A stretch of 64,000 nucleotides of DNA from Albugo candida (taxonomy: Eukaryota), in contig JBDOQK010000014.1 of NCBI GenBank assembly GCA_040437565.1, forward strand, positions 372,001 to 436,000, given 5' to 3'. A program made the position numbers and the translations under genes. The notes beneath the pieces are model-generated. The model worked only from the letters and a program-made list of their open reading frames with translations. It was not told the origin of the DNA and ran no database searches. This document shows, piece by piece, positions 23,815 through 35,494 of the stretch; within the stretch, counting starts at the first letter, position 1, and each line of letters opens with the position of its first letter.

Positions 23815-24590
23815 TATAAAGGATTATGGCAATTCAGTATTCGAAAGCCTACAGGAGAGCAGAGCCATTACTCAGGTATAAATATAACGTGTGGCAATAT
23901 AGTGTGATGGTTTACACAGAGAATGCATGCTAACAGCTGGAGTACCAGATGGTGACCATCCCAGGGGCTAAGTACTATTTGGGAGTACTACTCTCTCGAA
24001 TTCGAATATATAAAGGATTATGGCAATTCAGTATTCGAAAGCCTACAGGAGAGCAGAGCCATTACTCAGGTATAAATATAACGTGTGGCAATATAGTGTG
24101 ATGGTTTACACAGAGAATGCATGCTAACAGCTGGAGTACCAGATGGTGACCATCCCAGGGGCTAAGTACTATTTGGGAGTACTACTCTCTCGAATTCGAA
24201 TATATAAAGGATTATGGCAATTCAGTATTCGAAAGCCTACAGGAGAGCAGAGCCATTACTCAGGTATAAATATAACGTGTGGCAATATAGTGTGATGGTT
24301 TACACAGAGAATGCATGCTAACAGCTGGAGTACCAGATGGTGACCATCCCAGGGGCTAAGTACTATTTGGGAGTACTACTCTCTCGAATTCGAATATATA
24401 AAGGATTATGGCAATTCAGTATTCGAAAGCCTACAGGAGAGCAGAGCCATTACTCAGGTATAAATATAACGTGTGGCAATATAGTGTGATGGTTTACACA
24501 GAGAATGCATGCTAACAGCTGGAGTACCAGATGGTGACCATCCCAGGGGATAAGTACTATTTGGGAGTACTACTCTCTCGAATTCGAATA
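23815..24590. repeat. Tandem array of four 194-bp units abutting an assembly gap
   Basis: Units start at 23815, 24009, 24203 and 24397 (tataaaggattatggcaattcag...). They are nearly identical; one substitution seen in the last unit (ggggct to ggggat). Confidence 0.95.
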
Positions 24591-26949
24591 CTTCCTTGAT
24601 GTATTTGGGCGTTGAACTGAAAAAAGAAAGGTTTAACATCTTACGTTTTCTTCTCAGCCTGGGATGCACAGTAGTCTTTCATACTTTCTGAGAATCTGTA
24701 CTGTGTAATGGAGTTGTGGTGTCTATGTAGAGAGTGTACTTTTTTACCCTACGCGTCCTCCTTAGCCGGTCAGAATCGGCATAGTAGTTGCGATAAAATT
24801 GCACACGAGAAGCTGCTCTATCCGGTGAGAGTGAAAAATGATCTACTTCCTCTGAAACAACTACGTTTTAGTCGACGCGATCCTTCTTTCTTGTATTTGG
24901 GAGCTGCACTAGCCTATGGGACAAGGCAAGAACAACAAAAAAACCAGAATACAAAAGCAGCACCAAAGGCAATCCTGGTTGCCCCACAAAAGGTGGTGAT
25001 GCCAGAGCCAGGGAATGGTGGCGAGGAAAGCGGAACAAATACTTCCCGACCAAATATCGTGGATTTCAACACTACCACGAATATAATATCATGCGTGGAG
25101 CCTCATTTGGTGCAACCACCTTCTGTTAGAGTAGATCGTTTTCTGACAGTTCGTCAAGGGTTTGCGCGTCAACTGCAAGACCCATCACAGGTAAAGCTCG
25201 AGCTCACCTGAACGGCTGTTTTGGTGAAAACGTGACAGATGGGACGAAGAGAGACGGTCACACGTGGAACCAGGCGGACGTCATGTGAAACGTGACATAG
25301 TCAAGTTTGTAAAAAAATGCATTTGCACATGCATGTTGTAGTGCTATCATACAAGGTTAATGCTAAATGTGTTTTACTTTTACTTCTACCTCTATTGCAA
25401 CAAGTGCATTTCAAATACTTTCAACATCTTCTCCATCCTCTAGCTGGGAGATAAAATAGCATCACACGCACGAGTGGAGTGGGAGGGTGATGTCTACAGG
25501 CAGCTGGCTCGGGCGCGAGGAAAACCCTACCGGGTGGAGCCGTTTGAATAAATGGTCTTCAGAGAACAACCTCATCTCTCCCTAAGTTGGTGACTACTAA
25601 TTATTCCCAGTGCTCGCTTGTATGGAGGTGCACATAAAAGAAGTAAAAGCGTTTGCCAATACGTAGCATGGAACATGTATCCAAATTATCCCCGTGAAAG
25701 CATGGATGTCAAAAGAGGTACTTACTTCGAATGCGGATCAAGTTTATGCAAAGCGTCATACAAGGGGCGAATAAGCACAGCGACCAGCCAAAGTTGATGG
25801 AAAAAGGAGCTCATATAAATGGATCTCAAAAACTTCCCTAACACAATCCGACCCCACAGCTGGTCCTAGCCGATGAACACGTCCCTCATGTGCGTCGACT
25901 GTTACAGTTTTGCATCAACACAAAACAATCATCCGGCAGCAATCGATAATCCGATCACTATGAATGGTGTGCTTATCTCCTATCTGGTTTAGAAAGACCT
26001 TAAGTTGGATGAAGTTGCAAATCTCCTTTCAATCAATCACATTTTTCCAGCTAAAAAAACCTCTCGGTGAAGATTTGCGTTTTCGACGCGATGGAGGCGC
26101 CACGTCAATGATGAAGTTCCTTAAAAGCGGGGCCTATATTTGAGAAAGTAACTTCGTGGTGGAAGCCAGTCCCGCAGATCGTTCACTTTTTGACTCGAGA
26201 ATCAAACCTCTTGCGTTGTTGAAACTATTATTTCCGTGTACTGCCCCGACCTTCTACGCAAGCGATCACTGGGTTCACTATCTCACCGACGGGCCAGTGT
26301 TTTGGATTCCGGGTCATCATTTTCCAATTGCTGTGCTCATATGGTTGATACGCTCCGCCACGGACATAAAGTGTTCGTCTCGATGATTTGGCATGGCAGT
26401 CAATGGCGAGGATTTCTTTGTGGTGATATCGACGAGCTATCCATCAAGAGTTGCTTTTTCATGGAATAAATTTATGTCTCAATTCAAGATGGTGAAACAA
26501 CGTTAAAACAACGTTGATCGCTGGTCCTATTCAGCGGGAATGCCAAGGCCTTCTCGAATATATCAATGTGGAACAATATCTCCGCAGTAATGGTGAATGA
26601 CAATGGAATTCATAAAAATGGTCATCTATTTATAATTCACATCCTATCAAGACACTCGATTAACCTTTTACGAAGACACCAAATTTCACGCTTGCAGTCA
26701 AAAACTGGAAGCATTTTCGTTTTTTTTGTTACATTCGAAAATGCAACGGAAATCTTTTGCCAATGACTCCAGCAGTGCTATATTACATCCAACGCACATT
26801 GCAATGACGGTGTGATAAAAGCCCTTCCTTTGGGCTCTCCTTGGTTATAAAATAGCTGAAGAACTCACCGAAAGAAGCATTCAAAGCGCTTTTGTTTTGC
26901 GTCTTCTCATCCTCGCTGTATATCCACAAGTATATGTACCACTGAGAGT

Positions 26950-27330
26950 CGAGGAATGATAATTTTTCTTTGCGTTATTGCTCCTCCAACTGTTCGAATA
27001 GGCCACGCGAATCTCGTATTTGGAAAGTTCCGCACACCACTCAATCATGCTATCGGTGCTATGAGTAGAGCGGTACGACACAACCCAAGTCGACTCGCGT
27101 GTTTGGCATGGCTTTCGCACTCGGGTGTTGTAGACGCTAGTAGAATCCAACATTGGAATCAGAAAGTATTTACAGGAACACTACCCCGCAAGAAACGATT
27201 GGTTACACACGCATGTCGGAAGAGATATTTTATATTGTCTACAAAGTCTGAATAACCCCGTCCACGACATGCAGGACATCATCTCGCACACAGAGTGAAT
27301 TTTGTGGATCCAATTCAGGCAGCGAGGTGA
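26950..27330 (+). mobile_element. Possible highly decayed Merlin/ISXO2-type transposase fragment
   Basis: Fragments in different frames: NLVFGKFR, RVFGM and VNFVDPIQ, recalling DE..FGK.K, WVFG and NHS.NFVDP.TG. Confidence 0.25.
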
Positions 27331-29720
27331 TGATATTGAAAACGATTATAACAAGCTGTCGAAGCCGTCTAAGTAGAAGCGAATATGGTGCTCGCGCAGT
27401 TGCAGACAGCTTCGAATACCGGGATAATGTTGGAAAGTTGGAAGAAGCAAACCAAGAAACGGCTGAAAGGACTTAACAAAATGCACAAGATACGTGACGC
27501 GATCTTGAGTGTATTCATAGTGTTAAGTATCTAGAGAACTCCGCCAGGCATTTTTTTACCCTATGGATAGTTCTTCTCTTCGAGCGCCGATCGAAAACGC
27601 CACNNNNNNNNNNNNNNNNNNNNNNNNNNNNNNNNNNNNNNNNNNNNNNNNNNNNNNNNNNNNNNNNNNNNNNNNNNNNNNNNNNNNNNNNNNNNNNNNN
27701 NNNAAACCAAGAAACGGCTGAAAGGACTTAACAAAATGCACAAGATACGTGACGCGATCTTGAGTGTATTCATAGTGTTAAGTATCTAGAGAACTCCGCC
27801 AGGCATTTTTTTACCCTATGGATAGTTCTTCTCTTCGAGCGCCGATCGAAAACGCCACCAAAAAATGTGGCACCGAGACATCGCACAAAAACATTTTTTT
27901 TAATTGAGAAACAAAAGAAATATAGAGAATGTGTATAGAGATTCCTTTTTGCTACCTATAGAGCAAAGAGTTTCTATATCTTCATCTACAGGATGATGGA
28001 CCGGAATTTTTTTGATGTTATGGACGAAGCTTTATCATATTCAATACCTTCAACAGCAATTTGCATCAATGCGGCACCATTATTCCTGCGAACCGGACAA
28101 CTGATTCGACGGAATTAATACATCTTGTCCAACGTTCCTTCAAACCACCCGACCCAAAGGATATATTCATCATCACAACGAGAACTTTATCATGTGACTG
28201 CTACTAGTAAAACGAGTACGCAAAATGTTTGGTACAATCTTGGCATGGTCGATAAAAGACATCGGACATTTCCAAAATCCACCGCAATGCTTTCGCGATC
28301 TGGAGTCTTCAAGACTTTTTCGTAGATTGCTACATATGCCCAACCAGAAGTAATCGTCGACAAATGACACAGCAGCGAAGACCTGGACACATCGAATGTG
28401 GCTGACGACAAGTTGTTGAGTCGACTCTGCAGTGAAGTCACTCAGATACTACAGCGTATCTACTCGACGATTGGTCTCATCACTTTCAACAAAAGTAAAA
28501 GATCGCTCTATGTTGGAGTACAATGCAAGGAGACGAAGCGCTTTTTACCCACTATTCCACGCTCTCAATTCCCACAATCCATCAATAGTTATCCGATGTT
28601 TACGCATTGGTCTTCGCGGCAGAGATCGGATACATAAGATACATAACGGGTCAGATGTTTATGGTTACATTCCGGCATCTTCGAACATGTGTGCTAGTAA
28701 ACTTGAAGACATACAGTTTCGACTGGCCTTTGAGATGCTACCAATTTGACTTCGATTCCGGTTTCTAGAAGACATTGAACCCGACATTATGTAGTACACT
28801 AAGCCTTCGTGTGGGGCAGTAACTTTTAATCGACATCTCTTTCTCGAGTGTGACTGCACGGCACAATTATGGCTCCCTACTTAATATCATTCTTTTTCAT
28901 CCCATCCGCGCTTGACGCATATTGCATGTGCACTTGTGCCAACGATACGGCTGGACTGGAAGGACTATCAGCAAATTACATCGCACTCATGGCTTGTATT
29001 ACAGGTGGTGGCGTTGCATTTGGTTTGGAATCTTCATTTGTTCGAGAAGTAATCACCGATCAGCAACTTCAAGCTTACAGCAGTTTCCGGGATCTACACC
29101 ATATTCAGTGCTCACGTTCGGTACTTTTGACGGTAGTGCTACGATTTAGATAAGCACATTCAGCGTGTGAAATTAGTGGATCAGCTCGCGACGAAAGGAT
29201 CATTCGGTGATTTTTCAGGACTCGAAGATCATTGCTACGGGTCTGGCTCCGTCGAGCAGAATCCAAGTCCCATTGCAAAGTGGCGGGCACCAATCTCAGA
29301 AGCACTGTATTTTTAAACAATTTCCATATGGGCAGAGTATCGTATTGTGGTGGTGTAAGGCAGCTAAAATAGAAGACGGTCAAGAGGAGGCTATATTAGC
29401 AACTCTCACAGCACAATCATGAAACATTTTTATATGTATATTTGATATTTAAAATTGATAGCTATGTGCAAGACACTTATGACCAGCACGTTTGATCGTT
29501 AGACGAGAATCCTTTCTCTTCACAGAAAAGATTCAATGTAGCAAAAAGAATTCCATTATCTCAAAGTACATAGGCTGCGCGTTGAGATAATGGAAGCCAA
29601 TTGTTCGTAAGTTTGTTTTGGATGGACTGATCGGGCCTTGAAGTGCGGCCAACTTCGGCCAACTTCGGCCATTTTCTATGGGATGAACGATATTTGGCCG
29701 CCCGAAAATCAATGATTATA

Positions 29721-31991
29721 CAGTAAAACCTGTCGTACTTAATACAGCTGGGACCGACCTTTTTTTTATGTATGTTTGACAAGTTATTAATTATGAAACA
29801 AATCTCGAAAGTATGGTCACGCTAATGTAGTATTAAGCCGCGAGGCACTTCATGTCCATCAAGATTGACTTTTGATACGCGTCGGAAAGCACGGTACTTT
29901 TTGACGGCATACTCCGCAGCTTTAGCACTTAAAATTTTGCGGTAAACATTTATACACCGCCGAGATTTTCGATAGTAGTTTCTCATGTCGATCACACTGA
30001 CCCATTTCAATGCTTTTGGCACCATGTCCTTTAGTCTAGTCCATGAATAATTGAACGTTTTCGTGCGTACCGCTTGGCAGACCCCCAAAAGTTCTCAATG
30101 AACTTGAGCTCACAATAAAATTTTGGGTAGAATATTATCATGTGGCCGGCACCGAAAATAAGCTCTTCTAACATGCATTTCGGGCGAAGAAAGTCCGGTT
30201 TATTTGCCATGATTTTTCTGGCACAGCAGTCCAGTTCGGTTGGAGAAATTTCACGTGACAGTCAAGTATAATGCCTGCACGCCGAAGTCCTCGTTCTTCA
30301 AGGACAAGTTTGATACCCTTTTCCTTTACACGAATTTTTGCAACTGCATGATCTTCTGGAAAAAAGCAATTCCTGGTCAATTCCCCATTTCCCCAAGTAG
30401 TTTGTCGCAGCAGATGTTGTTTGCCACCAAGGACCAGGTTCCCAGGTTCACGCGGTTTCCACAGAGCGCATCATCAGCAAAGGCAGCATGGCTGGTGGCA
30501 TTGCCAAAGTCAACGAAGAACTGCATGCCTGGAAATTGTGCCTCAAAGATGGGTATTGCTCAATCAAGCACCTGGTTGTAGAGGTCTATTGTCTCCCACC
30601 ATTCGTCGTGCTGAATTCCAGGATGCATGATCACACATGCTTGTTCTTGCAGCGTCGGAAACTGCTCTTTTTTCTCTTGGTCCAGACCGAGGCGTCACGT
30701 AATTAAACAAAGGAATTCACTGACATGGATGGATCTCCCCTGGCCTTACTTGCGCAATGGTTGTACTCTATCAGGCATTCATAGGCGCTTCAACCCATCA
30801 TTGCAGCAAACGAGTTTTCATCATGGGTCACCAGAAGACGTTGGATATTCGATGCTGGCCATATTACATCATCTTGGTTATTCTCGAAATTATCATCTTT
30901 TGCAGGCAAAAAGGCATGAGAGCATCAAGTTTATCTAATATGGCCAGAAACTTTTGGCGATACTCAATAACATTTTCTCTTTCACGACCATCGATGTAAA
31001 TCCCCTTCGCAACTTCGCGGTAGGTTATGTCTAAGGACTGTGGCCAGCGCATCATCGTTCATTAAAGTTCCAGTCCATGTCCGTATTGATCTAGAGAAGT
31101 AAACCCTTCTTTCTGCTGCATCTGAGATAAAGGAAATTGCCGCTTTCTTCGTTTTCCTATTTTGAGTAGTCGAAAGTACCGGAGTAGCGCTGCTTCACGT
31201 GCATGTGCTGCATTGCTCTTCCCGTTTGGCTTTCGATTTAGTTTTTGAGATTCTCAACTGCCAAACTGATATCAGTTTTGGTCCACTCAGTATCCTCATC
31301 TTCATCAAATTTATCATCCAAGTCTGCATCATTTGCGTTATCCACATCCACCCCAGCACCATCTTCTGTATAAATTGGTTTCAGAGTTCAGTATTCACTC
31401 AATGGTTTGGTGCCTCTCGCAGCGTCATTCAGCACCTCCTTCTTTTGCCTTTGTGTGCTTGGCGAATTTCCCAGATTCCGCACTGGTCGGCTGCTCTTGT
31501 TTGCCAGCACTGGAAGGACATTCGTATCATCATCTTCCACTTCATTTTCGTTCACCATCTGGGATTCATTTTCAATGCAGGCGTTGCTACTTTCAAATTC
31601 ATGCACATCACCATGGACTTCAATTTTCTGCTTCTTGCTCTCTGCAGCATGTATTGATGCCATGCACAAGTGTTTCCTTGGTTTTCTGAGACGTGGCATG
31701 GTTACTTTGGGGAGCTATAAGTGAAAAAAAATTACAGAAGGCTTTATGAACTTCTGAAGTGATATCCACAAATCTTGTCCATAGAGCACATCCTATTTTA
31801 TGGATCCTCCAATTGTGCTTTACGGAATCCCTGAAGATGATCGCGATTGATTAACCTATCTACATACACTACTCCTGATTGGCTAAGAAAACCGGATATT
31901 GGCACGTTAGAAGTATAGGCTGCATGACATTGAGATTTTGAAATTTGGGCGCATAAATAAGGGGGTTGTCGATTTAAGTTTCTTGCACTAT
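29721..31991 (-). mobile_element. Decayed IS630/Tc1/mariner-superfamily DNA transposon (fungal/oomycete type)
   Basis: Frameshifted minus-strand fragments: KGIYIDGRERENVIEYRQKFL, LRK.GQGRSIHVSEF, KGIKLVLEERGL, GHMIIFYPKFYCELKFIENFWG (IS630-like LP..S..LN.IE..W) and AAEYAVKKYRAFRRV. Acidic N-terminal ORF at 31699-31388. TA-flanked candidate ends at 29721 and ~31990 do not match each other. Confidence 0.7.
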
Positions 31992-32339
31992 AGAAGTAGA
32001 AATGTGCTCATAGTTCATATTAAGTAGCTCTTTCTACTAAAAAGGGAGCCTTTAGTATTCACTCACCCTCTTGATAGAGTTCACTCACGTCCTGATTCAT
32101 CGGCTGAAATTCACTCAAATTGACGTTTGACGGAGATCAACATTCACTCACTTGTAACTACTATTACCGCTCAGCTCACTTGCACTCAATTCACTTGAAA
32201 GGAAAAAATGCAGATTCTCAGCTTTTTAGATCATCAGCCAATCTCTTATATCGCGAATACTAAAAGAGAAGAAGTTAAGGTTGTTATTTTGTAATGTTAT
32301 AAATAGCTTTTTATAATTCTAGAAAGTTGTGTTTATAAT

Positions 32340-33077
32340 GGGTACTGATATCCCGACAACTTTTTTTTTATTACATTCTTATTTTTCATTCTAAATTTAC
32401 ATCATGCCTACTTCAATTAGTCGCCCCACAACTTCCTCGTCACAAATATAATGGGTATTGATATTCCGACACCTTGTTTTTAAATTACATTAATTTTTGA
32501 ATTAGATTACGTCATGCCTACTTGGATTATTACTTCCACAACTTTTTTGGCAAATAAAAAATTTACATTTCTAACTAATAGAAGTCATTTGTGTCTAAGG
32601 CTAATTCTGGTAGATACAGATACCTTCAACTGAGCTAAGCAGTCATCATTATTAGACGATTCATTGCCAGTTTCTTGAGCAATAATGTGTCAATGTGAAG
32701 GAAAAATATCTAATTTTTTACAAAAGCTTATCCTGAATCTAAGCTTGCAACCAGAACTCTGCAAGACCGCTTGTTATGGCCTATATTTCCGCAATTGCTG
32801 CACTTGCATTTTCCCTGTGTCTGATGCTCAAATGCTATGTGTCAAATGGAAATTGTCACATGTATTATCCTATCACAGTTGAAACGTTCTGTGTATTAGC
32901 CAATCACAAATAATTCTCGATTGAAGTTGTTGGAGCAACAACTTAGGGTGTGTGTGGATGTAATTAATTAGACATGTAAAATCATTTATGTATTTTGCAA
33001 AAAAGAAAAAGTTGTGATAGTAATAATTCAACTAGGCATGCTGTGATTAAAAAAAAGTTGTCGGGATATCAATACCC
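32340..33077. mobile_element. MITE-like non-autonomous element B with exact 8-bp TSD
   Basis: TIR GGGTACTGATATCCCGACAACTTTTTTTT ... AAAAAAAAGTTGTCGGGATATCAATACCC; TTTATAAT at both 32332-32339 and 33078-33085. A second TIR-like copy starts ~32453. Confidence 0.85.
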
Positions 33078-33319
33078 TTTATAATTGCAGAATATTTACG
33101 TCCTAAACATAAGCCACTATTGGTAATACACATATTGAAGCAAATTTTCGGAATTAGGTATAGCCACCCTATTTTTGGTATAGCTACACCCTACCTTAAC
33201 TGAGAACACCGGTATCGTTACACCCCCTAAATATCCTATATGAATGGGAACCAGTATAGCCACACACCCTGATTATCCAACTCGCTAACACCTGCATACA
33301 TTACTATACGTACGCTAGC

Positions 33320-35260
33320 GTGAATACACTGTTCTCACCATGCCACTTGGTCCACCCCCGGAACACACCTATGAGACCTATGAGATTGCGGAAGAGGCAG
33401 TACAAACCTTTGCGTTGCAAGAAGGCTATTCAGCAAAGAAAGGTCGCACAAAGGCGGAAAAGTACGGAAAAGTACGGAAATACTAGGATGGTGTGGCTTG
33501 CTTGCGTCCACGGTGGTCGTTACAAAAACAAAGGCACGAGGATCCACCAAAAATCAACGCGGCTTCTAATGTGCCATGAATCCAGGGTATTGAACCAGGT
33601 GCATAGGAGGCAAATTCTGGAGTGCACAAAAGGTGGGGCACCTCCTCGGTTAATTTTGAGTACGATGAAGCGGTCTGACCTTGCTTTTCTTGCCACCGGG
33701 CAAGACATTCACAATGTCAAAATACATGAACGAGCGGGATTCCTCCTTGCTCGTAGCCCTCTTGAAGCATTGCTGGATACACTAGAGGAAACTGCCATTG
33801 GACATGAGCTTGATCGTGACCTCTCATCGGGTCAATCAACGCGCCTCTTGATTGCACCTAAGCCTTGTATCTCACACACATTGATTTTTCTTTAGGGGGA
33901 TTCTTATAGCAACTTCGACTTACAAAACCAGGAGGTGAGTAAAATGCTTTGCAATTAGTTTTTGCCCAACATCAACTAAGAGCAGACAAAATGTCCAGTT
34001 TTCAAATGCCATTGCTCCATGTCATGGCTGTGGTATGCGCAAACCAGTCATATTCCGTTTGCTATGTTTTCTTGCGACACGAATCAGAAGATCATTACAT
34101 TTGGGCACTTGGGCAAATGAAGGTAATTTTTCAAGATAGAATCACTGGGCCGATTGTCATTGTCACTGACAGAGAATTGGCGTTGATGGCTGCAATCTCA
34201 CGGGGTCTACCTGAAGCGTAGAATCTGCTTTGCATATGGCATATTAAAAAAATGTCCTGGCAAATACTAAAAAGCACTTTCCAGAGGACGAAGACTGGAG
34301 AGAATTTTGCATAAAGTGGCACGGATTGGACCCCTCTGCCACTGAACAGGAATTCGAAGAGAATTGGGTGATCCTCAAAGATGCTATTAATGAGACTGCC
34401 TACGCGTATTTACATTCCACATGGATTCCGTACAAAGAGAAAATCATCCTTTCTTCAACCAAAAAAATAAAGCATTTTGGGCATGTAGCTACACTTCGCG
34501 TTTTGAAGGTGGACATGCAACCTCGAAGAAATGGATGGCAGATTCATTAGGGGATTTGGCAGCAGTATATGAGACATTGCTTCTTGCAGCTCAACAGTAG
34601 CGCCAAGGAATAAGTCAAAAAGTTGCATACGATCGTTCACACATTATCTTTCCATTTGTGGGAGCTTCTCGACAACTGTGAATAGAAAGATTTCACATTA
34701 TGCATTAGATGAAGTATGTGACACTAGTGTATGCATACAATTGTGTACAGTACTGACAAGTTATGTATTGACCATATTTTGTTTTCTGCAGGTCTTCAAG
34801 CAGTACCAAAAGGCACTATTGATGGAGAACAATGAAAAGTGCACTTGAACATTCATGGGCACTAAAGGATTGCTTTGCTCTCATGCCATCAAAGAGCTGC
34901 AAAAGATGGGGTCAAACTTGCATGAAGCTCATTTTCATGAGCACTGGTGGCTTAACAAGCCTGTACATCCCACACTGTATCCTGCAATGCCTCGTCAGGA
35001 AAAAACAACCTTTTCGGACATTATGAAAAAAATTGCAAGAGCGTTATTCGGTCTTGCCTCCACACAGACAGAGCCTTTTGAGCAGGATCTCAATCGCCTT
35101 CCATCTACCGTAAGCGCTGGGGTAAATGATCCGGCCACAGTAGCTTCACGTGAACGGCCGAAAGGATCAACGCTTTTTTAAGAGAATAGACTCCAGTGCA
35201 AAGGTAGAAGTGTTATTTTCGTTATCTACACGCTACGACGGTTTCGTCTCTTCGCAAGGA
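33320..35260 (+). pseudogene. MULE transposase pseudogene of element C
   Basis: Fragments MPLLHVMAV, FLRHESEDHYIWAL, VIVTDRELALMAAI...*NLLCIWHI, YLHSTWIPYKEK, HFGH and HEHWWL; contains stops and frameshifts. Confidence 0.85.
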
Positions 35261-35494
35261 ATCATCTTCGCCTGGTCTTTCTACACCGTCCAAGGATAGA
35301 AACTGCCGTTCCTCCGAAGTGGTCGGTCGACTGCAACGCTTTGACAGCGACTGTTATTCTTCCATCTCGAGTACCAAACGAGATCTGTTCACATTTGAGT
35401 ACATTGGGAGGGATAGCAGGAACTGCCAAAACGAAGATGCGAGGGTTGCAAACAACAAGCTCACAACAGGCGGACATGTCCACAATCCAACAAA

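Noticed and set aside
23815-24590. CRISPR array or 5S rDNA array
   Set aside because: The units are identical with no unique spacers and the context is eukaryotic. The 5S resemblance is limited to ~25 nt.
24708-26470. 167-aa ORF and adjacent short ORFs
   Set aside because: No recognisable motif and frequent stops; probably decayed repeat sequence that I cannot assign.
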